From Mobula hypostoma (Eukaryota), in NCBI RefSeq assembly GCF_963921235.1, contig NC_086097.1, positions 36,582,001 to 36,646,000 of the forward strand: a stretch of DNA of 64,000 nucleotides, given 5' to 3'. Positions 12,399 to 24,949 of this stretch are shown one piece after another (position 1 is the stretch's first letter; every line of letters starts with the position of its first letter). The translations under genes and the position numbers were made by a program. The notes under the pieces were generated by a model, which was not told the origin of the DNA, did not search any database, and saw only the letters and a list, made by a program, of their open reading frames with translations.

Positions 12399-13902
12399 TT
12401 AGCGGAAGTTAGAGAAGTCGATGTTCATGCCATCAGGTTGGAGGCTACCCAGACGGAACATAAGGTGTTGTTCCTCCAACCTGAGTGTGGCTTCATCTTT
12501 ACAGTAGAGGAAGCTGTGGATAGACATGTCAGAATGGGAATGGAATGTGGAATTAAAATGTGTGGCCACTGGGAGATCCTGCTTTCTCTGGCGGACAGAG
12601 CGTAGATGTTCAGCAAAGCGGTCTCCCAGTCTGCGTCGGGTCTCGCCAATATATAAAAGGCCACATCGGGAGCACCGGACGCAGTATATCACCCCAGTCG
12701 ACTCACAGGTGAAGTGTTGCCTCACCTGGAAGGACTGTTTGGGGCCCTGAATGGTGGTAAGGGAGGAAGTGTAAGGGCATGTGTAGCACTTGTTCCGCTT
12801 ACACGGATAAGTGCCAGGAGGGAGATCAGTGGGGAGGGATGGGGGGGACGAATGGACAAGGGAGTTGTGTAGGGAGCGATCCCTGCGGAATGCAGAGGGG
12901 GGGGAGGGAAAGATGTGCTTAGTGGTGGGATCCCCTTGGAGGTGGCGGAAGTTACGGAGAATAATATGTTGGACCCGGAGGCTGGTGGGGTGGTAGGTGA
13001 GGACCAGGGGAACCCTATTCCTAGTGGGGTGGCGGGAGGATGGAGTGAGAGCAGATGTACGTGAAATGGGGGAGATACGTTTAAGAGCAGAGTTGATAGT
13101 GGAGGAAGGGAAGCCCCTTTCTTTGAAAAAGGAAGACATCTCCCTCGTCCTAGAATGAAAAGCCTCATCCTGAGAGCAGATGCGGTGGAGACGGAGGAAT
13201 TGCGAGAAGGGGATGGCGTTTTTGCAAGAGACAGGGTGAGAAGAGGAATAGTCCAGATAGCTGTGAGAGTCAGTAGGCTTATAGTAGACATCAGTGGATA
13301 AGCTGTCTCCAGAGACAGAGACAGAAAGATCTGGAAAGGGGAGGGAGGTGTCGGAAATGGACCAGGTAAACTTGAGGGCAGGGTGAAAGTTGGAGGCAAA
13401 GTTAATAAAGTCAACGAGTTCTGCATGCATGCAGGAAGCAGCGCCAATGCAGTCGTCGATGTAGCCAAGGAAAAGTGGGGGACAGATACCAGAATAGGCA
13501 CGGAACATAGATTGTTCCACAAACCCAACAAAAAGGCAGGCATAGCTAGGACCCATACGGGTGCCCATAGCTACACCTTTAGTTTGGAGGAATTGGGAGG
13601 AGCCAAAGGAGAAATTATTAAGAGTAAGGACTAATTCTGCTAGACGGAGCAGAGTGGTGGTAGAGGGGAACTGATTAGGTCTGGAATCCAAAAAGAAGCG
13701 TAGAGCTTTGAGACCTTCCTGATGGGGGATGGAAGTATATAAGGACTGGACATCCATGGTGAAAATAAAGCGGTGGGGGCCAGGGAACTTAAAATCATTG
13801 AAAAGTTTAAGAGCGTGAGAAGTGTCACGAACATAGGTCGGAAGGGATTGAACAAGGGGTGATAAAACCGTGTCGAGGTATGCAAAAACGAGTTCGGTGG
13901 GG
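12399..13902 (-). CDS. Penelope-like reverse transcriptase plus GIY-YIG endonuclease (N-terminally truncated, about 500 codons open)
   Basis: DVQSLYTSIP, QTKGVAMGTRMGP, YIDD, YYKPTDSHSYLDY, GVIYCVRCSRCGLLYIGETRRRLGDRFAEH. The frame stays open upstream of the track's Met (PTYVRDTSHALKLF...) up to the inversion junction near 13903. Confidence 0.92.
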
Positions 13903-14301
13903 CCACCTCCCCCTCGTACCCCATCTGTTACTTATTTTTATGCACACATTCTTTCTCTCACTCTCCTTTTTCTCCCTCTGTCCCTCCGAATATACCTCTT
14001 GCCCATCCTCTGGGTCCCCCCCCCACTGGTCTTTCTTCCCAGACCTCCTGTCCCATGATCCTCTCGTATCCCCTTTTGCCTATCACCTGTCCAGCTCTTG
14101 GCTCTATCCCTCCCCCTCCTGTCTTCTGCTATCATTTTGGATCTCCCCCTACCCCTCCCCCCTCCAACTTCCAAATCCCTTACTAACTCTTCCATCAGTT
14201 AGTCCTGCCGAAGGGCCTCGGCCTGAAACGTCCACTGTACCTCTTCCTACAGATGCTGCCTGGCCTGCTGCGTTCACCAGCAACTTTGATGTGTGTTGCT
14301 T

Positions 14302-14890
14302 AAAATGTGCAGATGCTGGAAATCCAAGTAACACACACAAAGTGCTGGAAGAGCTCAGTAGGCCAGGCAGCGTCTATGGAAAAGAGTACAGTCAACGTTT
14401 CGGGCCGAGATCCTTCAGCAGGATTAGAGAAAAAAAAAGTTGAGGAGTAGATTTGAAAGGTGCGGGGAGAGAAGAGAGAAGCTCAAGGTGATAGGTGAAA
14501 CCAGGAGGTGGAGGGATGAAGTAAAGAGCTGGGAAGTTGATTGGTGAAAGTGATACAGGGCTGGAGAAGAGGGAATCTAATAGGAGAGGACAGAAGGCCA
14601 CGGAAGAAAGAAAAGGGGGGAGGAGCACCTGAGGGAGGTGATGGGTGGGGAAAGGAGATGAGGGGAATGGTGAGGGGTGGGGGACGGGCAGTACTGGAAG
14701 TTTGAGAAATCAATGTTCATGCCATCAGGTTGGAGGCTACCCAGACGGAATATAAGGTATTGTTCCTCCGATCTAAGTGTGGCCTCATTATGACAGTGGA
14801 GGAGGCCATGGATAGACATATTGGACTGAGAAATGGAATTAAAATAGGTGGCCACTGGGAGATCCCACTTTTTCTGGCGGACAGAGTGCA
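14302..14890 (-). mobile_element. Older Penelope-like 3' fragment; target of the 12002-14301 insertion
   Basis: SVRQKKWDLPVATYFN...EEQYLIFRLGSLQPDGMNIDFSNF. The terminal repeat has a decayed hammerhead (14389-14426). Its last bases (AACAAGGG...) are displaced to ~11981-12001. Confidence 0.85.
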
Positions 14891-14994
14891 GGAGGGAGGC
14901 TGCAGAGGGTCTGGAATGTTGAGGTCGAGTCAGGCGACATTCAGCAATGGAGAAATGGTGGTCCAGTGACAGCCTCAGAGCAAAAGAAAACAAG

Positions 14995-15350
14995 AAGAGG
15001 AGTAGGCCACTCAGCCCTTTAATCCCTCTCTGTCATTCAGTATGATGATGGCAGATTCTTATGGCCTCATCTCCGCTCCCGTTTCAGTACCCATAGCCCA
15101 CATCTCCTTGATCTTTGAATAAAATTACTACTTTCTCTTTAATTACCACCTCCCTCTTCCAAAATTTACCCTCAGGGGTAGAATACTACAGAGATTCACC
15201 ACTCTCTTCAAGAAGGAATTCCAACACAATTGTTTTAAATAATCAATCCAGAAGATTATAACTATATTACCTCATTCAAGATTTGCCCACTAGTGGAAAT
15301 ATTTCAACATCTCTATGCTGTCACCCTCCCTCAGAACCTTTCATTTCAAT
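14995..15350 (-). mobile_element. Old CR1 3' end
   Basis: GGAGTAGGCCACTCAGCCC...AGATTCACCACTCT resembles the reverse-oriented CR1 tails at 24960 and 43940. Confidence 0.6.
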
Positions 15351-15824
15351 GATGGTCATGGGGTGACGGACAGGATGTACTTGTTAAGTGGTGAATTGTT
15401 GATTTAGATACTAATAAATCAAAGGATGAAATTGTGTAATGTTCGTAACTTTTCTGGTCTGGTATGAACATAATAGGCCTAAGGGCTTCTTTCTTTGTTA
15501 TATGTTGCACCAATTCCATAATTACATAGTTTCCTCCAACATCAAAGTGCCCTCAGCTGTGATTCTTAATTCCTCAGCATTTCTCTTACCTCCAATAAAA
15601 CTATTTGCTCAGGAAGCAATGAGAGAAGATTGAGTCTATATAAGACTCCTTTTATTTTAACTAGTGAAGCTGTCAGGTTTTCAAATTGTTCATGTGTCTC
15701 CATTAATGAATCCTGAAAAGAATATTGCACACTGACCGAAATTTTACAATTTTGCGAAAGTGTAAAGCATCTTGAGGGAAAGGGTCAAATGTGGACTTAC
15801 AGCAAGGTACGAATTGAGTAACTC

Positions 15825-16225
15825 CCTCCGTTGGACTTCTGTAAGAGGCAATGTCTCAGGAAAGCAACATCCATCATCAAAGACTCTCACCATCCAGGCC
15901 ATGACCTCTTTCTGAGGCTGTCATCAGGCAGGAACTACAGGAGGTGGAAGACCCACATCTCAAGATTCAATGGCAGCTTCTTCCCCACTGCCATCATGTT
16001 CCTGAACTGCCCAGAAAAGCTAATACTACCTCAGACTGTTCCTCATTTTCCCTCTCTCAACCTGCACTAATGTTGTAAGGCTTACTTTATTCTCTCATTT
16101 AAATTATGTATAACTTATGATCACTTATAATTATCATATTTTTAATTTATTGTGATGCTGCTGCAAAAATATCGTACTCTAGATAGAGTGTGTATACCTA
16201 TGACCATAATTAACTTGAACTTCAA
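15825..16225 (+). mobile_element. Rex1-like LINE 3' fragment
   Basis: CLRKATSIIKDSHHPGHDLFLRLSSGRNYR...RFNGSFFPTAI. Confidence 0.7.
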
Positions 16226-16574
16226 GTTGCTGTTGTTCTCAACTGGGCTTAAGGGATGGCTTAAAGGTGGTTCAGCAACCCCAGGGAGTGGTTGAGAACA
16301 GGAAGCAATGTCGACAGTGGAAAATATGCCTCTAAAAGATCACTTTAAAAAATCTTTTTTTTTGTATGACCTATGAATCTCTTCTTATTGCTTAGGTTAA
16401 AACCAAGTTAACTGAGCAAAATTCCCAGCATTAGCATGTTTGAACTCATACAGGTTAGAACTGTAAATGTGCCAATCAAGATACTCAAGCAGGGCACAAA
16501 AACCATACCCAGTATTTACTGGGTGGAAGAGTTAAGAAACTGTGCTTATTTTGTACACTCATCCACCAGAGCAC

Positions 16575-16910
16575 AGTATGGTGGCCCAGCAGGTAGCTCC
16601 ACAGCCTCAGAGCATCAATAATCCAGGATCAGTCATGACCTTGCATACTCTCCCTGTGGAGATTGTACATCACCCCTGTGACCACCTTAGTTTCCTACCG
16701 TATCCCAAAGACCTGCTGGTTATCTGTTAGTTTCCCCTGTAAATTGCCCCTAGTGTGTAGGTGAGCTGTAGAATCTGAGGGGAGCTGATGATGCGGAGGG
16801 GGGAATAAAAAACAGGATTAATGTAGAATGAACATAATGGGTGTGTAGAACTATCATGAACTTGATGGGCCAAAGGACCTGTTAACATGATGTAGGTCTT
16901 TCATGACTCT
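16575..16910 (+). mobile_element. V-SINE-like SINE
   Basis: Decayed tRNA-like head followed by the core shared with 9452-9870. Confidence 0.55.
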
Positions 16911-18023
16911 GTCTTACAGGTGGAATTAGTTAAACAGATTAAGTACCCCAGGAATGCAACCCATCCAAGGAAAGAGCAGCTTCCCAAATTGTACATAAAA
17001 TACCATCAACAAGTCCCATGTTGACAAGAAAATGTTCAATGCTAACATTGCCAAATCCAATCTTGGTGATTGCCCTGCTCAGTTTGTGCTGGAACATCTC
17101 CAGTTGATAGTAATACCTCATTTTGAAATGTATCTTCCTCATTACATCATAGGTAGATTCACTGAGCTATACAATAAGGGAACAGACTTTTTGGCCCAAC
17201 TCATCCATGCTGACCATCAACGTTAACCTCATTTGCATGTATTTGGCCTATATCCCTCTAAACTGTTCAGATCCATGCAGCTATCCAAATGCTTTTAAGG
17301 ACTCTAACTGTAACTGACTCTTCTGGCGGCAAGTCTCCATAGAGAACAAGGAAACATTTTCCCCTGTCTGCTATGTATCATGGTCATGAGCTTTCAAATA
17401 ATTCTGTCCCCTATGCTTCATTGTTAGGAATTCCTTTTTTTTTGTATTTATTCATTTTGGAATCAAGTCATTCTTGGCAAGGCTACCACTTTTTGTTCAT
17501 TGTTCTTGGGAGGGCTGGTTTCTTGAACTGCTGTAGTCTGTCTGATGGAGGTGTTTTTGAGTAGGGATTTCCAGGATTTACACAATGATGATAAAGCAGC
17601 AGTGATACTTAAGTGACTTGGATGGGAGCTTGTAAAAAAGTTAAACACTTCCTACCTGCTACCTGAAAATCTCTTTAGATCTTCCTTAGCCACTCAGGTT
17701 GCATTTTGATGAAGAAGCCACCTATATTTCATACTCTACTGGGTTTTGATAACATTAATATCATAAAATAAGATTTTATTCAAAATTTCAAAAACCCATG
17801 CACAGATTAACACTGGCTGGAATAATTATGGCTTGTCAAAAGATCGTGTGAATGCTGTTTAGTTAAACACTCTGCATGTTATTTGTGGGCCCAGTGAGCA
17901 CTGGCACACATACATGGCTAATCCTTCAATTCCTGCGCTGATGGCGATGAACCTTTTTTTTGAACCATTGACGTCCTTGTTCTGAGGTAATCCCATAACA
18001 ATACTGGACCAGTAGTTCTGGGA

Positions 18024-18191
18024 GTACAAAGAAAATGCTGGAGGAACTCAGCAAGTTAGGAGGGAAATATCTTGAAGGTCTCAGCCCAAAATGTTTAATT
18101 CCCTCCATTGATGCTGTTTGACTTACTGAATTCCTCCAGCATTTTGTGTGTGTTGCTCAAGATTTCCAGCGTCTGCAGAATCCTCGTGTCT
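18024..18191. mobile_element. Short fold-back Penelope-derived insertion with a 12-bp TSD
   Basis: Inverted arms at 18032-18056 and 18121-18145. Flanks GTAGTTCTGGGA (18012-18023) and GTAGTTTTGGGA (18192-18203). Confidence 0.7.
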
Positions 18192-20324
18192 GTAGTTTTG
18201 GGAAACTGCCCAGCAATGAATATCTAAACTAGGAACCTTTACATTCAATTACAGGCTTGCAGAATTCTTGGTCAGAATGAGAAAAGTATTTTTTTTGGGG
18301 GAAGCTGCAGTACCACAGGACAGCTAGTTAGCGTAAAAACATTACAGAAAAGTAAACTGTGGGGACCCAGAACCGATAATAATAGTTACTTCCAGATAAA
18401 GAGTTCAAGTGACTGACAGGATTTTGTCACTGATACAGAATGGCAGCCACTGCCAGGCTCAGCACATAACTGCTTCAGGCTCTCAAACAGTGTTGTCCAA
18501 AACCCTTTAATTGTTCCTCTCAGAACAACTTTTACCAGCAGTCTAAGCAATGCAATCAATGCATCAGCATGGCACTGAGACACAAGGCCAGTTGTTCAGA
18601 AATGAAAGTCAAGCATTGTTGCAAATGCGGTAACAGAAAGAGCCATGACAGAGGATTATTGCTGTTATGCCAAGGTCGTGTTTAACACAGATGATTTCAA
18701 ATTCTCTGCAGACTATGACCCGACCAGCCTCTCTCCACTGAGCACTAAATAATGCAAAGTACACACTCAGGCACTGTTCCTGGCAGGCGGCCAGGGGAAC
18801 TTGATCTCAGTAGTCGTCAAATAACGTCAGGGCCTCACTGCTGGCAAACAGCTTGACTGTCTGGAGAGTTAAACAAAAGAGCATAGTTCTTCCTTATTTA
18901 CACAGAAGGACTATCTGATAGAGAATGAGATGTGGACTGAAAAATTATATTGAGAGGTGCAGTCAGTTCCAATAGTGTAAGCAGCCAACAGGAAAGAAAA
19001 GAGCCTGTCTAATCTGTTTACACCCTTAGTTATGTGTCCTTCCCCTTTTGTAAAGATCCAGTTTCCCATAACCCTGCAATGGGAATGATAGAAATGTCAG
19101 CGGAGGGCTATTCATCATTCAGGATAATGAGACAAGCTGAGTCATTAACACAAAAAATTGTTTATTTAGTCCGCATCATTTAGCGATTACGATATGAGCA
19201 CTAATTGGATTTAAAATGAAATGGAAATCATATGATATGATTAAAAGTGAACTTTAGTTTGAAAGGCAAACCAAGGTGCTTCAACGTGACTCGTAGCTTT
19301 GACTTTAATTGAAACAGACAATGGTATCGAATCAGTTTTAGTCTGCTTCACTGCACTTGGCCTCTTGTTAACGTAATCCATGACAATGCTCTATCCATCT
19401 GCACTAATATATTAACGAGGCAGGTAAAACAGCCAAATTGGAGTGCATGCAAAGATGCATTACGTGCATTCAAGCAACATGAGACATGTTTCATCAGATC
19501 TTATTGACTAAATTTCTGGCTACCTCAACCTCACTTTCACCTAATAACCATGGCTCACTCATATTTCCTCTTCCTCAAGCCAGCTTGATAATTTTGGTAA
19601 AGAAAAACAAATCTTTGAATTTCAATTGCAAATTGGTTCTTAGTAGTGTTATCGGCTGAAACTGGATCTACTTCTCCATTTCTGGAAAATGTTGGATGAT
19701 TCTGGAAACCTCACAAGGCGGTTCTGGCTGTGAATCAGACTGTGCCCTGGAAATGCAGGGCTACATGGAAGAAGAACATTCCTCCCAATGCTCCCTCGGG
19801 AGCACAGCATGGTAACCAGAACCACATTGTCGAGGGAATACCCTTGGTCTGTGTTAACCCTAACTCCCCAGTCTTCAGTTTGCCCCTGACTGAAGGACAG
19901 ACACTGTCATGATCCTTCCAATAGATGTTCTGCCCCCACACCAACCTCACAATGCCCTGGTGATAGGTCCTGATACCCATATGATACCCTTCAATATTCC
20001 AGGCTGCAACTACTGACACCACTCCCTGTGCTTCCTCTATAACCAAACCCTCTCCCCACTCAGCGTCCAAACTACAGGTTTGGGCTTTGTCATCACAATC
20101 CAAAGCCCCAGGCTCCAGGCCCCAGGCCCCACACAGCTCCCCCATAGGCTGCCAACTGTTTTGAACTTGGCCTCCACAAGGAGTACAGGGCAGCATTTTC
20201 TCAATGCTATTAACATGCAGCTGCTTGTCAGTTGCCACTGAAGTCTGCCGTGGAGCCGATGATCATTTGGAAAGTCAGAAGAGATTGCAAATGCTGGAAT
20301 ATGGGGCAACAAACAATCTGCTGG

Positions 20325-20605
20325 ATTTATTTATTTATGTTTAGAGATTCAGAGCAGAATAGGCCCCTTAAGCCCAACAAGCTGCACCACCCAGCAACCC
20401 ACCAATTCAACACTACCCTAATCACGGGACAATTTACAATGACCAATTAACCTACTAACCGTCTTTGGACTGTGGGAGGAAACCACAGCAGCCAGAGGAA
20501 TCCCACAAGGGGAATATACAGATGTTGCCAGAATTGAACTCTGAACTTTGGAACACCCCAAATTGTAATAGTGTCACGCGAACCACAATGCTACTGTGGT
20601 ACCCC
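20325..20605 (-). mobile_element. V-SINE-like SINE nested in an older Penelope-derived repeat
   Basis: TTTATTTATTTAT tail, GACCAATTAACCTACTAACC...TTTGGACTGTGGGAGGAAACC core; flanked by AAATGCTGGAAT and GCAGCATCTG remnants. Confidence 0.6.
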
Positions 20606-21309
20606 ATCTAGCAGCATCTGAAGGACTAAAGGAACTGTGGACAGTTTGGGTTGAGAAAATCCCTTTCTCTCCATAGAAGCTGCATGGCCACTGTGTTTCT
20701 CCAGCGGTTTATTTTTCAATGATAAGAACTTGCCCGTCCAGTTGAGCTAATGGAGTGCAGTAGAGTTTCTCAGTAGCGCTAATTGTACACATAGAGTTTT
20801 ATGGTACCTGTATTTCCAAAGCTTCCTTCACAAATTTAAGAGTCTGCAAAGAGCTTATTGAAGAATTGTCACTCTTGTTACATGGGTTAAAGACTGGCCA
20901 TTAAACTCCAAAATAAAACAACTGCTGTCAGCATTGCACTACCATTTTGCAAAGGGACTTCAATCTACATTAGACACCTTAATTACTTTAGTGATTTGTC
21001 TGACTTGTGTTTTACCCTGGACAGTGACAGGGAAATATTTCCCACAGGTTGAGAGACATATTTCTCATGTGGAACAGTACACACATACCACTGTGATACT
21101 CACCTCTTAGTTACTCACTTTTGACTGGACAGGTAAGAAAAACTACATCCAATTTCCCATATTCAGGGCTAATAAAACCTTATATTTTAGCTGGATGATA
21201 TTTTTCTAAATACAATGATATAAAAACATGAACGTTGTTCTATAAAACACATTTTGTTATGGATATCAGTTTACAATTGGCTGCAAATTCTTTAAAAATT
21301 ACATTGAGA

Positions 21310-21535
21310 CTGCCACTCTCCCCTCATCTCAGATTCTTTCTTCTCCAGCCCTTGAACTTTGCCACCCATCTGGCTTCACCTATCACATTCCAGCCTCTTT
21401 CCCGTCCCCCACCTTTTTTATCCTGGCATCTTCCCCCTTCCTTCTCAGTCCTGAAGAAGGGCGTCAGCATGAAATGTCAACTGTTTTTTTTTCCATAGAT
21501 GCTACCTGGCCTGCTGAGTTCTATGTGTGTTACAT
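21310..21535 (+). mobile_element. Penelope-derived terminal-repeat remnant
   Basis: CTCAGTCCTGAAGAAGGG...GAAATGTCAACTG...ATAGATGCTACCTGGCCTGCTGAGTT. Confidence 0.65.
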
Positions 21536-21669
21536 TGAGACTGAATCCCCTAAGACAATCATTGTCACTTTAAAATCTATTTTCAAGAATATATTTCTGC
21601 CTAAATTACTCTGAACAACTTGGGACTAGAAAACAAATGGCTGAAGGTTAATCTGTAATTGCAATTTCC

Positions 21670-22040
21670 ATATAACCATTTAACAATTACAGCACGGAAA
21701 CAGGCCATGTCGGCCCTTCTAGTCCGTGCCGAACTCTTACTCTCACCTGGTCCCACCGACCTGCACTCAGCCCATAACCCTCCATTCCTTTCCTGTCCAT
21801 ATAGTTGTTCAATTTAACTTTAAACGACAACATCGAACCTGCCTCACCCACTTCTGCTGGAAGCTCGTTCCACACAGCTACCACTCTTTGATTAAAGAAG
21901 TTCCCCCTCATGTTACCCCTAAACCTTTGCCCTTTAACTCTCAACTCATGTCCTCTTGTTTGTATCTCCCCCACCATCAATGGAAAAAGCCTATCCACGT
22001 CAACTCTATCTATCCCCCTCATAATTTTAAACACCTCTAT
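21670..22040 (-). mobile_element. CR1 3' end
   Basis: FKIMRGIDRVD...RLFP...TRGHELRVKG...RGNFFNQRVVAVWNELP. Confidence 0.88.
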
Positions 22041-22884
22041 CGTCCCCCCTCAACCATCTACATTCCAAAGTATAAAATTTCACTTTTTAATTTTCTGTAA
22101 AGGTACACCAAAAATTATTACCATTCACCTGTGATTAAGAGACAGCAGGCAAAGGAATGACCTAGAGGTTGCAATTAGAGTGTAGGTGCCTCACAGAAAA
22201 TGATCAGCAGTCTGATGGCATTTCAAAACATATTTGAATTAAGGGGGCAAAATTGCTTTGTCCTAGTTGACCCATAGAACTGAAGTCAGTGGAAGGATGT
22301 GTTATATTTCAAACAGAAGGAAATCTATAACACTGAAAATACTTAACTCTATTTGGTAGAAAATAATCTTTATTTTTTAAAAGGACATGATTATTACAAA
22401 CCTGAATTACTGATAACATTATAAGGTTTTGTCCTCATGAAAGATTATAGTAAAATCTTAATTAAACTCTGGATCATTACACTCTGACCATTGCATGCTT
22501 TGAATAAGAGGAATTACTTTTTCCCTCATTCCAGTTTAGCAGAAAGAACTTTTAAAGGTGCTCAGTTTAAACAGAAAAATTCACATTTTCACACATTATT
22601 ATACATCAACTGAGATGAGCTTCTTCACATCTGCTTTGATGAGAAAGTACTGGCAGCAACACTGGTTGCACAGGCTTGTTGGTGATCCTGTTTACAATAG
22701 ATGTTTTATGGTTCATTAGGCACTGGTTGCATAAATTATCCTTAACTGACATTGTTTAAAATCTTTCTGAAATAAAGTCACCTGCTCTTCAATTTGTAAA
22801 TGACTTTTTAAAATTCAAAGATCAATGTATCAACAATAAAAATATATACCACATATTTCACATCAGATTCCAAGCTGTCGTACA

Positions 22885-23985
22885 GTCATAGAGTTATCGA
22901 GTACAGCACAGAAACAGGCCCTTCGGTCCATCTAGTCCATGCTGTAACCACTTAAGCTGTCTACTCCCATCATCCTGCACCGGGACAATAGCCCTCCATA
23001 CTCCTACAATCCAAGTACCTGTCCAAACTTCTCTTAAAACGTTAAAAATAAGCTCACATGCACCACTTGTTGTGGCAGTTCATTCTACACTCTCACAACT
23101 GTTTGACCAAAGAAGTTTCCCCTCATTTTCCCCTTACTCTTTTCACCTTTCACCCTTATTTATGACCCCCTGCTGTAGTCCCACCCAATCTCAGTGGAAA
23201 AAGCCTGATTACATTTACCCTTAATTATATCTCTGTATTTTGTATACCTCTATCAAATCTCCTCTCAAGCTTCTATGTTCTAAGGAATAAAGTCCTAACC
23301 TATTCAATCTTTCCTTATAACTCAGGTCCTCCAGACTTGGCAACATCCTTGTAAATTTTCTCTGTACTCTTTCAGCCTTGTTACGTCTTTCCTGTAGGTA
23401 GGTGACCAAAACTGCACAAAATACTCCAAATTATGCATCACCAATGTCTTATAGAATTTGAACATAACATCCCATCTCCTGTACTCAATACATTGATTTA
23501 TGAAGGTCAATCTGCCAAAAGCTTTTTTTACGGCCCTACCTACCTATGACGCCAACTTTCGACAAATTATGGCCCTGTATGCCCTACCATTCATTGTGTA
23601 CCCTAGTTGGTCCTACCGAAGTGCAAAACCTCGCACTTGTCTGCATTAAAGTCCATCTGCCATTTTTCAGCCCATTTATTCCAGATCCCTCTGCAAGCCA
23701 TTATAGCCTTCCTTGCTGTCCACTGCAACCCCAATCTTGATATCATTCACAAATTTGCTGATCCAGTTAACCGTATTATCATCCAGATTACTGATATTGA
23801 TGATAAACAACAACCAATGGACCCAGCACCAATCCCTGTGGTACACCATTAGTCACAGGCCTTCAGTCATAGAGGCAACCATCTACTACTAGTCTTTGGC
23901 TTCTCCCACAAAGCCAATGTCTAATCCAATTTACTACCTCATCTTGAATGCCGAGCGACTGAAAGCTCTTGACCAACTTCCTCTG
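22885..23985 (-). mobile_element. CR1 fragment (RT end and 3' region)
   Basis: LEYFVQFWSPTYRKDV, ERVQRKFTRMLP, LGLYSLE.RSLRGDLIEVYKI. Confidence 0.88.
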
Positions 23986-24949
23986 AAAATTCTTTGTGCT
24001 GGTAATGCTTCCATATAATTATAGGATTTGTGATTTTTCATTTTGCATCTCTCTTGATTTTAATATATTTCATCTGAGTATATACACTTCATATTATTCC
24101 CTAGGATATATCAGTACCATTAGGTAATTGCATCATGGGGATTCATTTCTTTAAGTCTGAATGCTTCTTACCAGGCACCCTCAAAATAACAAGCTACTAA
24201 ATTTTAAGGTTAACCCTTGTTGTTTGTTGGTTATTGCAGTTTGTTTTATTTTCCTACAACCTTCTCTCCAAGTCTGGTCTTGTAGCAGTTACGTCCCTTT
24301 TTTCGCCACACCCTTCTTTCAAATTCACTCAAACAGAGAGTAAATACGAAACAATGACAATATCTGGTTTGGGAAGAGACAAAAGTGTTTCCATCCAAAA
24401 CAGAGAAACAAAGAAGAGGAAGTGAAGAGAATGAACAGGGCATTAGCACCACAATTGTGAGCGACAGATAGGAATAGAGATCTATTCTCTGACTCATTAT
24501 ATAAAACAGTTTAGATACCCTTAATTGAAAATGATTTAGAGAACTACTACTATTTTTCTAATAATCGCAAAATCTTATCTTTGCATATAATGTAGAACAA
24601 TATCATGAGCAGCTTTGACAAAGGAGAAGGGAGAGGATGCCCTGCATTTGCAAGCCAGTGGAAGACCTGATAGAAGATGTGGGTTTGAAAAGGTTTTAAA
24701 GATGGGAGTAACTCTCATCGGGTCACTGACAGCATTCTACAGAGCAATTAGAAACAGCTGAAGAGTAAGCCTGAAGGAGTGCACAACAATGTTGTCATGA
24801 CTTGAGAACCTGAGTTAAAGAGAAAGGACTTTCTTCCCCGGAGTGTAGGAGAGTGAGGGGAGATCTTACAGAGCGATACAAAATTTAAATACGTGCAGGT
24901 TTTGACCTCTTAGGTTAGGTGAGAATGAGGACCTAGGTTTAGGGTGAAA

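Larger units (their letters stand above)
12002..14301 (-). mobile_element. Young 5'-truncated Penelope-like element with an inverted terminal repeat and a 13-bp target-site duplication
   Basis: RT plus GIY-YIG ORF. Terminal repeat at 12002-~12395 and an inverted copy at ~13904-14301. AAAATGTGCAGAT flanks it at 11989-12001 and 14302-14314. Confidence 0.93.

Noticed and set aside
12722..13543. 273-aa overlapping ORF
   Set aside because: Alternative frame of the Penelope ORF; low-complexity Pro/Ser/Leu composition with no motifs.
19735..20270. 167-aa minus-strand ORF as a nested gene or Tx1/L1 remnant
   Set aside because: No recognisable motif or convincing splice signals; cannot be assigned without a search.
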